From: a virus
Length of the DNA stretch: 64,000 nt
Virus record (IMG/VR): IMGVR_UViG_3300050821_008688
Location: 1-64,000 of that record
Direction: 5' to 3' (one strand)
Part shown: positions 1 to 8,880 of the stretch, piece by piece
How the letters are laid out: each line of letters begins with the position of its first letter
Numbering within the stretch: position 1 is the first letter of the stretch
Made by a program: the position numbers and the translations under genes
Notes under the pieces: generated by a model
What the model saw: the letters and a program-made list of their open reading frames with translations, nothing else
Databases searched by the model: none
What the model was told of the DNA's origin: nothing

Positions 1-125
1 ATGATGGAACTGGCTCCTACGGGACGCGCGGCCAATTTTATTTTCACTTTTGCGGGCTATCGCGCGGGTTCATTTCCCGCCGCGAAGCCTGAAGATTACA
101 CACCAGCACCCGAGGAGAAAAAAGA

Positions 126-742
126 TGATAGCGGAATACCACAAGATTGAAACGCTGTACGAACGCGGCGAAAACCACAAAGTAATCGTGAGCAACTTCA
201 AGAACCCTGTCTACAAAACGATTAACCCGTGGGTCTGGACTGAGAAAATTGATGGGATGAATCTCGGCATCGGTATTCGGGACGGCCAGTTTAGCATTCG
301 TGGCAAATCCGAAAAGTCAGGGATTCCCGGCGACCTGCTCATGACTATCCGGGGTCTTGGTTTGGAAGAGAAGTTGCACGCGGTCTTCCAGTGCGACGTG
401 GCGCTGTACGCGGAAGGATATGGTGCGGGAATTCAAAAGGGCGGCGCATACCGCAAAGACAAAGGTATTATTCTCTTCGATGTGCTCGTGGATAATAAGT
501 GGTGGCTGAATGACGATAACGTGCGCGATGTAGGCAGCAAACTGGGACTGGACGTGGTGCCGTTGGTCGGCGTCTTCACGTTGGAGTATGCTACCGAATA
601 TGTTCGCGCGGGTTTTTGCTCTCACGCAGCGACAGCGGACCCCAACGCGAAGGCCGAAGGTTTGGTCGGTCGCCCAGTGGAGACGTTGTTTGATAAGAAA
701 GGCGAGCGCATTATCATCAAACTCAAGACGAAGGATTTCTAA
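126..742 (+). CDS. RNA ligase (Rnl2-like nucleotidyltransferase domain)
   Basis: Motif I TEKIDGMN (KxDGxN), YAEGYG, ILFDV, EGLV and terminal KLK. ATG 126 follows the SD GAGGAG. Confidence 0.85.
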
Positions 743-921
743 TGGACCGCAAACTGTTTGAGATTTGGGAAGACAAAGACCTGATTGTCAAGAATCCTCA
801 GTTTCCTTGGCGCGCACAGATGCCGAATCATGTCGCGCGCTTCCCGACCGAGGAGGCGGCGCAGCGATTCGTGGACGCAACGAAGGCGTATCGGAAAAAG
901 AAGGGGCTATCTAATGAGTGA
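742..921 (+). CDS. small hypothetical protein (59 aa, FPTEEAA motif)
   Basis: ATG overlaps the ligase stop (TAATG). Read manually. Confidence 0.6.
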   Translation: MDRKLFEIWEDKDLIVKNPQFPWRAQMPNHVARFPTEEAAQRFVDATKAYRKKKGLSNE

Positions 922-1210
922 TTTTGGCGGCTGCTCCCATCCTGTAGGGCGCAAGGAATACCGTTGTGAATGGTGCGGACAGAAAATTCCGAAGGGCGAA
1001 AAGCATGTCGCGTACGTCGGCATGTGGGAGAATGAGTTTCAAAATTGGCGGATGCATGATGAGTGCTACGCCGATGCTCAGAACAGCGATGAAATGTCAG
1101 ATGGGTTTAGTTCTTATGACCACGAGCGGCCAGTTAAGGCTTCAGTTCAAGCGGCGGAACCCATCCACACAACTCCTCAAACGGGCCACACGGACACTTC
1201 CCGCATTTAG
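914..1210 (+). CDS. small zinc-finger protein
   Basis: RKEYRCEWCG...HDEC pattern common in small phage proteins. Confidence 0.65.
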   Translation: MSDFGGCSHPVGRKEYRCEWCGQKIPKGEKHVAYVGMWENEFQNWRMHDECYADAQNSDEMSDGFSSYDHERPVKASVQAAEPIHTTPQTGHTDTSRI

Positions 1211-1347
1211 ATTTGTAGGGCTCCCAGCACATTGAGTAGGCGCAAGTCCATTTCGCGCCGCAAACCTCGCAGATGTGCGGCTGAGTCCATACGAATTCGT
1301 CTTTCCAATCAAAGAAGACCATTTGATTGAATGATACACGAATTTTC

Positions 1348-1376
1348 TTGACAAAGCAATAGAAGAGAAGTATTAT
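1348..1376 (+). promoter_or_regulatory. sigma70-type promoter for the endolysin (leaderless)
   Basis: TTGACA-17-TATTAT, with ATG 6 nt after the -10. Confidence 0.7.
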
Positions 1377-1382
1377 TCGCTT

Positions 1383-1865
1383 ATGGCTGACATTACTCAG
1401 GCAATTCAAATCACGTTGAAGAACGAGGGTGGGTATGTGAACAATCCGCTGGACTCGGGCGGTGCCACGAATTTTGGCATCCTTCAGCGGGATTGGCCTA
1501 GTGTGAACATAGCGGCTATTACTGCCGAGCAGGCAGCTTCTTGGTATCAGACTACGACGCAGCCGCAGCGGTTTAATAATCCGCTGTACTCACAAATTAA
1601 TTCGCAGGCGATTTTGAACAAACTTTTTGACATGGGCGTGTTATTTGGTGTTGGTAGCGCGGTGATGATGTTGCAACAGGTGTTGCAGGTTACGGCGGAT
1701 GGCGGGTTTGGTCCGGCTACGTTGGCAGCGCTGAATGCCGATGACTCTGATATGACGCTGTCGGCATATAAATCGCGACTGCATCAGCATGAGATTGGTG
1801 TCGGCGAAGCCCATCCTACGGATATTGTGTTTGAAGAGGGCTGGGGAACACGAATCGATAGTTAA
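1383..1865 (+). CDS. endolysin, glycoside hydrolase family 108 with peptidoglycan-binding segment
   Basis: EGGYVNNPLDSGGATNFGI signature; LQQVLQVTADGGFGPATLAAL PG-binding motif. Confidence 0.92.
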   Translation: MADITQAIQITLKNEGGYVNNPLDSGGATNFGILQRDWPSVNIAAITAEQAASWYQTTTQPQRFNNPLYSQINSQAILNKLFDMGVLFGVGSAVMMLQQVLQVTADGGFGPATLAALNADDSDMTLSAYKSRLHQHEIGVGEAHPTDIVFEEGWGTRIDS

Positions 1866-1882
1866 AGACTTTTTGTTCTATA
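1866..1882 (+). promoter_or_regulatory. putative late promoter motif, copy 1
   Basis: AGACT-TTTTG-TTCTATA; one of 11 copies with identical spacing. Confidence 0.7.
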
Positions 1883-1986
1883 AGTGTGGGAAACAATTTG
1901 ACCGAGGGACGGCGGGACAAGGCTTTCAAATAGTAGAGCCTATAAAACCAAAGAAATTCCGTCCAACATTTTCGAGGAGAAATAAA

Positions 1987-2148
1987 ATGATTATAGGAAT
2001 TCTTGTTGGAGTTGTAATTGCAGCGGTCGGGTACGCGATTTACAAGCATGTCGGGCTCGCCACGATTGAAGCGGACGTGAAGGCGGCTGTTTCTAATCCA
2101 ACGGCTACGCTCGCGACAATCAAAGCGGAACTTGCAAAATATCTGTAA
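1987..2148 (+). CDS. small single-TM membrane protein (possible lysis accessory)
   Basis: N-terminal hydrophobic helix, SD GAGGAG, directly after the endolysin. Confidence 0.6.
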   Translation: MIIGILVGVVIAAVGYAIYKHVGLATIEADVKAAVSNPTATLATIKAELAKYL

Positions 2149-2162
2149 AAGGGGAGGGGTCC

Positions 2163-2438
2163 ATGCTGGACCTTCTTCACAGATTTTACTGCATCTACTG
2201 CCGGATGTATCTCGGCGGCGAGGACGCAGAGAAGCTGACAGCCACGGTCAACTCGCACTTTCAGGCGAAGCATCCGCTGAATTATGATAACTGGAGCGCG
2301 AAGACCATCGCCTGTTCCATCCACTACGTGGCACCAGAAGCCCCTGAAACTGAAGTACGCTCAGAGTACACAGTTCCTAACGGAACGTCAAAGAAAAAAC
2401 TTGAAGAAGAGTACGACCGGAAGTGGCTCGGGAGTTGA
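2163..2438 (+). CDS. hypothetical protein (CxxC..H..H)
   Basis: ORF with SD GGAGG. Confidence 0.55.
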   Translation: MLDLLHRFYCIYCRMYLGGEDAEKLTATVNSHFQAKHPLNYDNWSAKTIACSIHYVAPEAPETEVRSEYTVPNGTSKKKLEEEYDRKWLGS

Positions 2439-2533
2439 AAGTCAAATGGTAACGATTCTCATTGTCGTGGGGTTCATTGTCATCGTTCTGGCAGGTATGA
2501 CGGTGGACTATCTTGTGTACGGAAGGAAAAATC

Positions 2534-2794
2534 GTGGCGACTTCCATCGAAATTGAACTAATTAAAGCGGGTACCGCGTTGGCGCGCAGCATCGGCCATG
2601 ACCCGCACAATAACGGTGGACCTGTACACGGATGTCCGAAGGCGTCGCCCATGATTCCGTGTACCTGTGGCGCAGGGCAGCAACAAGCAAAGGCGTTGGA
2701 CGACTGGCAGCATTTGATGGTGGATATTGAGGAAGCAGGGCCGGTAGATGTCCGAAATATGTCAAGTTTTTCGGACAATAAACTTGACACTTAG
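2534..2794 (+). CDS. hypothetical protein (H..C..CTCG motif)
   Basis: ORF with GTG start after AGGA. Confidence 0.5.
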   Translation: MATSIEIELIKAGTALARSIGHDPHNNGGPVHGCPKASPMIPCTCGAGQQQAKALDDWQHLMVDIEEAGPVDVRNMSSFSDNKLDT

Positions 2795-2861
2795 ACCTGC
2801 ACTTTGATATTCTGATTTTGGTATCAATGCACTATAGACATCGAAGCGGGGCAGGAGCAGT

Positions 2862-3272
2862 GTGAAACTTTCGTGGAGAGAGCTAAGGATTCTTGGATTC
2901 AAATTTTCATTACCCGCGATTGTAGTAATGGTTCAGCAACTGGACCCGGCGCAGGTTGAACAGTTTCGGCAGTATCGCGCGGAAATGGCGGAATGTGTGA
3001 AGTGTCACAAACTTTTTGATGTGCGCGCCGGTCAATCGTTTTTGGCGCATTTGGAAGAAGACCATAATTTTGAACTGTTCGCTGCGATGAATATCGTATC
3101 GGACGCATACCGGAATTTGTTGGAGACTCACAAGGTTCGTAGGGTAGCGCAGGGGAGGCTTTATGACACGGGGAATATTTGCAGCACTGGTATTGATGCT
3201 GGCATTGTTGTTCGTTCCGAATGCGCAGGCACAGCGGTCGCACGGGGGCAACAGGCAGGCTCAGACTCATAG
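2862..3272 (+). CDS. hypothetical protein with CxxC...HxxxxH
   Basis: ORF with SD AGGAG. Confidence 0.5.
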   Translation: MKLSWRELRILGFKFSLPAIVVMVQQLDPAQVEQFRQYRAEMAECVKCHKLFDVRAGQSFLAHLEEDHNFELFAAMNIVSDAYRNLLETHKVRRVAQGRLYDTGNICSTGIDAGIVVRSECAGTAVARGQQAGSDS

Positions 3273-3567
3273 TCAGAGCCACGCTTCGTATGCGGCGCGA
3301 GGGGTTCAGCGGGGTCACGGTCGCAACGAAGGTCACAGAATTGATGGCGAGTATCGCGGTCGGTATTTCGGTCGCGGTAATCAGTGCCGTCTGAACTTCT
3401 ACGGCCAGCCGTCATTTTTGTTCGGCGGCATTTGGTTCGGGATTGACGTGTGGCCGAGTTATTGGTTGGCGACGGATTACGTCTACGTTGACTATTACGA
3501 CGGGGATTATTTCTTAGTGAACAGTCGTTTTGGTCCCGGTGCGCGCATTGCGATTTTGGTAGAGTAA
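3163..3567 (+). CDS. secreted Gly/Arg/aromatic-rich protein
   Basis: Signal peptide ending AQA; aromatic C-terminal domain (FGGIWFG..WP..DYVYVDY). Confidence 0.7.
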   Translation: MTRGIFAALVLMLALLFVPNAQAQRSHGGNRQAQTHSQSHASYAARGVQRGHGRNEGHRIDGEYRGRYFGRGNQCRLNFYGQPSFLFGGIWFGIDVWPSYWLATDYVYVDYYDGDYFLVNSRFGPGARIAILVE

Positions 3568-3696
3568 TGAGCCGGTTGGATTGGTTGACGGTTGCGGCCA
3601 TCTTGATTTTTTTGATTCTGGCGTTCGGGAGGTGACTTATGCGCCTGTAAATTGAGTTGACAAACTAAGAGAAAAATAAACTACAATGAGCGTTAC

Positions 3697-3746
3697 GGTG
3701 GCGTGGTGGAGGGGAAACCCAAAGAAGCCACGCCACTTTTTGTTTT
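3697..3746 (+). terminator. intrinsic terminator or attenuator hairpin
   Basis: GTGGCGTGG...CCACGCCAC followed by TTTTTGTTTT. Confidence 0.7.
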
Positions 3747-3759
3747 CGGAGAGAGCAGC

Positions 3760-4353
3760 ATGATACCTGATTTATACAGCGCCGACTACTTCAATCAAAA
3801 ATCTTGGGAACGTGTGAAGAATGCAGTGCCCGCCGATTTTTTGCCTTCGGATGAAGCTGTAGAAAAATATATTCACGATAAGATTGAACCGTTGCTTTCC
3901 CGGTATCGGCAATCAGACCACGACTGGTTCAAAGATTTTTCGCGGCGTCGCGGTGAGTGTATGCACTCTTCCGACCTGATTGACCGTCTGCAAAAACTTA
4001 ACCCGGACATATTCGTGCAGCAACAATACAACTACCCGGATGACTGGGGGCTTTATACCTCTGCGCTTGGGCGCGTTCAATTTTTAACTGGTGTTCCGAA
4101 AGGTTGGCTTACAGAATTTTCATACGCACTCGTGGATGACCGCGATTTGCCGACCGAGGAACGTCGCGGCTGGCGTACTGTGGTGGTCTACTGTCTGGTG
4201 AAGGGTGCAATCACTTGGGAGCAAGTTCTTGCGGAGTTCGGCGAACCGAATGACGGTTTCAACGAGGAGCGTTGGTGTAATGCTACAATGGATTTTCGGC
4301 AAGGGGGAGAGCAAATCTTCCAAAGGAATATCGCCAATGTCTTGGATTCGTAG
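3760..4353 (+). CDS. hypothetical phage protein
   Basis: 197-aa ORF with SD GGAG. Confidence 0.75.
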   Translation: MIPDLYSADYFNQKSWERVKNAVPADFLPSDEAVEKYIHDKIEPLLSRYRQSDHDWFKDFSRRRGECMHSSDLIDRLQKLNPDIFVQQQYNYPDDWGLYTSALGRVQFLTGVPKGWLTEFSYALVDDRDLPTEERRGWRTVVVYCLVKGAITWEQVLAEFGEPNDGFNEERWCNATMDFRQGGEQIFQRNIANVLDS

Positions 4354-4534
4354 TCAGGTTGAATATTTTGAAGCCGCGCCGGGGATTTGGTGGTACAAAG
4401 CTTGTGAGGGGCGGTGGTTGCGCGAATCAAATTATGACGAAGTGCATGAGTGGGACACAGGCTGGTGGGGATTTTTTCCGCCGCGTAATCACAGATTTAA
4501 TAATCCGTACGACGCTATGCGAGAGGTGAGTTAA

Positions 4535-4879
4535 ATGGACCTATGGCTAGATGATTTGCGTGACCCAGAACGTCATCAACATCGAGGTTGGTATTGGGTT
4601 ATGACCGCAGCGGACGCAATCAAGGTGCTGCGTAATGAACGCGTTGAACGCGCGTCGCTGGACCATGACTTGACGTATCAACAGATGGAACGGGGCGGCT
4701 ACTATGCGCGAATTGAAGATGATGGTGTGATGTCTGGATATGATGTGCTTCTGTGGCTTGAAGAAAATCCGCAGTACTGGCCTCCCGAGGGTGTCGCGGT
4801 GCATACTGGAAACCCCGCAGGCGCGCAGCGAATGCAGGCTGCAATTGTCAAGCACTACGGGCGCACTTTTCAATTCTGA
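4535..4879 (+). CDS. cyclic-phosphate-processing receiver-like domain protein
   Basis: LWLDDLRDP, SLDHDL, SGYDVLLWL and VHTGNPAGAQRM motifs. Confidence 0.8.
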   Translation: MDLWLDDLRDPERHQHRGWYWVMTAADAIKVLRNERVERASLDHDLTYQQMERGGYYARIEDDGVMSGYDVLLWLEENPQYWPPEGVAVHTGNPAGAQRMQAAIVKHYGRTFQF

Positions 4880-4900
4880 TGAAATCTTGTTACAGGTTTG

Positions 4901-4917
4901 TGACTATCTCTCCTATA
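4901..4917 (+). promoter_or_regulatory. putative late promoter motif, copy 2 (variant)
   Basis: TGACT-ATCTC-TCCTATA. Confidence 0.55.
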
Positions 4918-4923
4918 GTGTAG

Positions 4924-4945
4924 GCATCCAGCAGTGTGAGCACTA
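4924..4945 (+). repeat. left arm of long-range inverted repeat (pairs with 7298-7322)
   Basis: GCATCCAGCAGTGTGAGCA (4924-4942) is the exact reverse complement of 7304-7322. Confidence 0.9.
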
Positions 4946-4958
4946 GAGGAGAAATCAG

Positions 4959-5459
4959 ATGGCATCCGAGAACGATAATAATCGTAGTTCTGCACTCTCA
5001 CCCGAAGCGCTCGCGATGATTCATACCGCGACGGCGGCTGCGGTGCAGGAAGCTATTTCCAGTTTGTTTCAAAATTTCATGCCCGCCTTGAAGGATATGG
5101 CGCTTACCCCAGAGAAGATTCGCGAGGCAAACCGTCCCTATGTGGACCCATTAAAGGCGGCGCGCGATTTGCGTGAGTCTTTGAAGTCAAAGAAAGAGGA
5201 AATTGAAAATCAGAAGCGGTTGGCAGCGTTCCGTGCGTCTTGTTCGCACACGTACAACAACGGCATCACGGCGATTTGCTTGGTTCACAATCAACCCGAC
5301 CATCAGCCGCGCGGAATTTGTGTGTTGTGTTCCGATTGGATTCACCCGAAAGAGTGGCGTATCGGTATTCCGACCGAGAAAGAACCGAACGGCCACGCAT
5401 ATCTTGTGGAGCCTCACAAGGATTATTCGCGCGTCATGACGCTTGAAGTCCGCTCATAA
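4959..5459 (+). CDS. hypothetical protein, C-terminal Cys/His zinc-binding domain
   Basis: CSH...CVLC...H; SD GAGGAG. Confidence 0.75.
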   Translation: MASENDNNRSSALSPEALAMIHTATAAAVQEAISSLFQNFMPALKDMALTPEKIREANRPYVDPLKAARDLRESLKSKKEEIENQKRLAAFRASCSHTYNNGITAICLVHNQPDHQPRGICVLCSDWIHPKEWRIGIPTEKEPNGHAYLVEPHKDYSRVMTLEVRS

Positions 5460-5612
5460 TGTTCATTTGGCGATATGGCGTAGTGAGCGATAAGTGCGAC
5501 CTGACTGATTTAGACCAGTGGATATCTCCGCGCATGCTGAAAGAGGACGCGCCGAAGGCACCTGCGGCATTGCGCGAGGCACTGGAAAAGTTTGTTGCGT
5601 CTTCAAAGTTTT

Positions 5613-5629
5613 AGACTAATCATTCTATA
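5613..5629 (+). promoter_or_regulatory. putative late promoter motif, copy 3
   Basis: AGACT-AATCA-TTCTATA. Confidence 0.65.
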
Positions 5630-5691
5630 ATTGTAGGGGCTAGCATATTGCAGCCGCTCGTCGGGTTCCCCGACGCCTAAAGGAAAATACA

Positions 5692-6939
5692 ATGACTCTT
5701 GCATCTCGTGGTTACACTTCTAGCGCCCGTGTTTCTGGAGCACCGGGGGCTTACATTTCTATTCGTCCGACCGATTTTGGTAGCATCGGCGGGTCACCAA
5801 ACGCTAACTTGGGTGTTGCTGGCGCTTACGCGATTCTCGCGCAGAGTGGCATCACTAACTCAGGTCTTACCGTAGTTAAGGGTGGAAATATTGGTTCGGC
5901 TCCCACGGCCACGATTACCGGTTTTCCTCCGGGCGTTGTTGTGGCTCCCAACATCATCGATAACGCGGACGCAGCCGCAGCGGAAACGGCGGCGATAGCG
6001 GCGTATGCCACTTATAACGCACTGTCCTTTACGTCTTTGGGCTCTGCGGTCAACATGAGCACCAATACGGGTGGCGGCGGCGGCGCTGGCGTCTATCGTG
6101 CGGGTAATTACAGTTCCACGTCCAGCTTGGATATTCCGGCTACTGTGAACGCGGATGGTAATCCGGGTATCACTCTGGATGCGCAGGGAAATCCTGCCGC
6201 GTTGTTTGTATTCAAGTCAACGGCGTCTACCGTTACGTTGGAAACCGGCGCATCTGTTACGCTGATTAATGGAGCGCAGGCGGATAACGTTATTTGGCTT
6301 GTTGGTTCATCGCTCACCACTGTTGCACCATCAAACATGGTTGGAACCATTCTGGCTCAGGCTTCTATCACTCTCGGTGGCGGAACCTTCGTGGGTCATG
6401 CTTTTGCTGGACTCCAAAATTCGGGGGCTGGCGCGGTGTCCATTTCAACGGCTACTGCCATCACTACGGAAACGACATTCCCCGTAAACATTCAAAATGC
6501 TTTGCCGTTAGTTCCGGCAAACGGCACGGCGGATTATATTTTCGTTATCCCGAATGCTGGGTCGGAATGGAAAGTTCAGAAGTCCGTTCAGTTTATGCGA
6601 CCGAACGGAGTTGCTGAAACACCGGGAATCGCGATTGACGGGCTTGATTGCATTCAACCTCCGTATCCGGGACAGGGAGCGACGGTTGTGGCCGGTACGA
6701 GTCCTGTGTCGTATATGGAACTTAATGGGTACGGGTTTGTTGCTACCACGGGTGGCACCACGGCTGTGACCTTTATTGGGTTCAGCAATTTCAACGTGAC
6801 GAAGGGCGCAACGACTCAGGATGGCACGGTCGTGTGGACTTCTCTCGGAAAGGTGGCGCTTGTTCGTGCGCGCTTTACCAACTCCGGTCTTGTAGCAGCT
6901 TCGCCGGTCGCTCAGGAATACGACCTGTTTGAGTTGTAA
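5692..6939 (+). CDS. virion-associated protein with DUF3494 (ice-binding-like beta-solenoid) domain
   Basis: YAILAQSGITNSG, ITGFPPG, TLDAQGNPAALFVF and LINGAQADNVIWLVGSS..GTILAQASITL are DUF3494 hallmarks. Confidence 0.88.
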   Translation: MTLASRGYTSSARVSGAPGAYISIRPTDFGSIGGSPNANLGVAGAYAILAQSGITNSGLTVVKGGNIGSAPTATITGFPPGVVVAPNIIDNADAAAAETAAIAAYATYNALSFTSLGSAVNMSTNTGGGGGAGVYRAGNYSSTSSLDIPATVNADGNPGITLDAQGNPAALFVFKSTASTVTLETGASVTLINGAQADNVIWLVGSSLTTVAPSNMVGTILAQASITLGGGTFVGHAFAGLQNSGAGAVSISTATAITTETTFPVNIQNALPLVPANGTADYIFVIPNAGSEWKVQKSVQFMRPNGVAETPGIAIDGLDCIQPPYPGQGATVVAGTSPVSYMELNGYGFVATTGGTTAVTFIGFSNFNVTKGATTQDGTVVWTSLGKVALVRARFTNSGLVAASPVAQEYDLFEL

Positions 6940-6981
6940 TTTTTGTGGTAGAAGTAAAATTTGAAGTTCGGAGGATACACC

Positions 6982-7284
6982 ATGAGTGAACCAAACGCAA
7001 CACCCGCTCCGGCGACAGTCGTAGCGACACCAGCACCAAAGCTGAATGCGATTCAGCTTATCCAGCGAGAAATTATTAGTTTTCAACGACAGCGTGAACA
7101 GCACATGGCAAACGTTCATGCGACCGAAGGCGCAATTCAGGCGGCGCAGCATCTGATAGGTGTGTTGACGGCAGAGGCTGCGAAGGCCGAAGCCTTGGCA
7201 GCGTCCGTGGGCGACACGGTTGCGATAGACGGGCTGAAGGTTGCGGAGAAGGTCGTTGAGGTAACCACGGGGGAGAAGCCCTAA
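6982..7284 (+). CDS. coiled-coil hypothetical protein
   Basis: SD GGAGG; helical heptads. Confidence 0.7.
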   Translation: MSEPNATPAPATVVATPAPKLNAIQLIQREIISFQRQREQHMANVHATEGAIQAAQHLIGVLTAEAAKAEALAASVGDTVAIDGLKVAEKVVEVTTGEKP

Positions 7285-7297
7285 AACATCTTCCAGA

Positions 7298-7322
7298 TAG
7301 TGCTGCTCACACTGCTGGATGC
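7298..7322 (+). repeat. right arm of long-range inverted repeat
   Basis: Reverse complement of 4924-4945 with a 3-nt insertion. Confidence 0.9.
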
Positions 7323-7329
7323 TCCGAAA

Positions 7330-7369
7330 GCGGCGGTTCACTCTCACCAGTGGACCGCCGTTTCTATTT
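7330..7369 (+). terminator. intrinsic terminator
   Basis: GCGGCGGTTCACT-loop-AGTGGACCGCCGT followed by a T-rich tail. Confidence 0.75.
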
Positions 7370-7370
7370 A

Positions 7371-7387
7371 AGACTATCTTTTCTATA
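7371..7387 (+). promoter_or_regulatory. putative late promoter motif, copy 4
   Basis: AGACT-ATCTT-TTCTATA. Confidence 0.7.
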
Positions 7388-7400
7388 GTGTGGAGTCAAA

Positions 7401-8870
7401 ATGAATTTCAATCTTGTTCCGAACGTCAACATGACCACAACCGTAAAGGCGATGGCCGACCAACTGAAAATACATACCAAACTCCAGAATTATTTTAACG
7501 TGGGCGGTATTGATGGTCAGCCGATGTTTCGGCTTTGCGATAACGTGATGCAGATGCTTTTGACTCGGCGCATGGCGTGGAAGTTTAATCGCGTTGAAAT
7601 GGGGAGTAACAATCCCGCAGTGAATCCTGCATTTTTCATTGCGCAGCAAGGCTACCAAGATTTTAAGCATGCAGGCGCGACTTGTTTTACGCTTATCAAT
7701 AGCACGACTCCGGGTGGGCAGCTTCCCGCAGGTGGCGCAGGTGTTGACTTGAATCCCGGCGTCTATCAGAACGGAAACGCAAAAATTAACTATGGCACGT
7801 TCAACGGTGGAAATTCATACGGCCCGACCGGTTCATGGCAAACGGCGGGAGTGATTTTCAATCCGGCGAACAACACGGTCACCGTTCAATTTTTGGACCC
7901 GCATCCATTTTTGACGGGAAACATCGGCACGAGCATTTTTCTTATTCAGGGAGTGGTAAATCCCGCGTACAACAGTACGTTCGTATTTAATCAGTTGACT
8001 CAACTCAGCGGATGGATAAACGGCTACACTCTTCTCTCAATTCCAGACAATTTTCACATAGTACTGCAAGGCAACGGCGGTCAGATAAATACCGTGGCGT
8101 CGTTTGCGGTTGCGGGCACGGTAACAACCCTCACGCTCGGGAGCCCTAATCCGCTGCAAGTCTATCCCACGATTTTTAATCAGAGTGAGTTTGGACCCGC
8201 GAATACCAGTGGAGTGGGCTTGGTACCGGGAGACATCATGACGTTTTCAGGTGTTGGAACGAACGCCGGTCTCAACGGTTTGTCGGTGAAGCTACTTTCT
8301 GTGACCGCGACTTCTGTATCGTTCACGACACCAACGGGCGTGACTATCACTCCCGGTAGCGATACAGGAACGATTTACGCTGCGCCCTCGGGTGCGCCGG
8401 GAATTTGGAATTTGGGTTGGATTGAATCCGCAGCCCTCGTGGATATCAATAACCCGAGTTTTCCTTTGCCTGTGAACCCTATTGATGCGGTGCATCGGAT
8501 TGCGCCGGAATATACGTCAACGGGCGATACGCTTTCAATGTCCTGTGAAATAGATTTTGGGAACGGAGTGGTAAAGTTTCGGCTGTCCGAACCTACAAGC
8601 ACGTATCCATTTGCGTTTACCTGTATCTATCAGGCTAAGGCACCGAAGTTCGTGTCACCACAAAGTGTTTTTCAGTGGCCTGATGATTTGTCATACGTTC
8701 TTTTTGAGATGTTGCTGTGGCAGGGAATGCGGTTTGCATACGGCATGACGGCGACTGAGACGCAGACGCAAATGCAGGCGGCGATGGTGGCAGTGCAGAA
8801 CGCGCTGGCGTCCGAAGACCGTGAAGATAATCAGATGGCGTTTACGCCGCAATGGTCGCTCTTTAGATAA
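7401..8870 (+). CDS. head-tail adaptor / tail tubular protein with inserted beta domains
   Basis: Helical N- and C-termini (WKF..., YQAKAP..WPDD) flank a large Gly/Thr/Asn-rich beta insertion; position in the podovirus tail module. Confidence 0.6.
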   Translation: MNFNLVPNVNMTTTVKAMADQLKIHTKLQNYFNVGGIDGQPMFRLCDNVMQMLLTRRMAWKFNRVEMGSNNPAVNPAFFIAQQGYQDFKHAGATCFTLINSTTPGGQLPAGGAGVDLNPGVYQNGNAKINYGTFNGGNSYGPTGSWQTAGVIFNPANNTVTVQFLDPHPFLTGNIGTSIFLIQGVVNPAYNSTFVFNQLTQLSGWINGYTLLSIPDNFHIVLQGNGGQINTVASFAVAGTVTTLTLGSPNPLQVYPTIFNQSEFGPANTSGVGLVPGDIMTFSGVGTNAGLNGLSVKLLSVTATSVSFTTPTGVTITPGSDTGTIYAAPSGAPGIWNLGWIESAALVDINNPSFPLPVNPIDAVHRIAPEYTSTGDTLSMSCEIDFGNGVVKFRLSEPTSTYPFAFTCIYQAKAPKFVSPQSVFQWPDDLSYVLFEMLLWQGMRFAYGMTATETQTQMQAAMVAVQNALASEDREDNQMAFTPQWSLFR

Positions 8871-8880
8871 AGGAACGCTC

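Noticed and set aside
1134-1322. Cys-rich minus-strand ORF (CEVC..C..C..CGKC)
   Set aside because: Overlaps the end of 914-1210 and has no clear start signal. It could be real but is not supportable.
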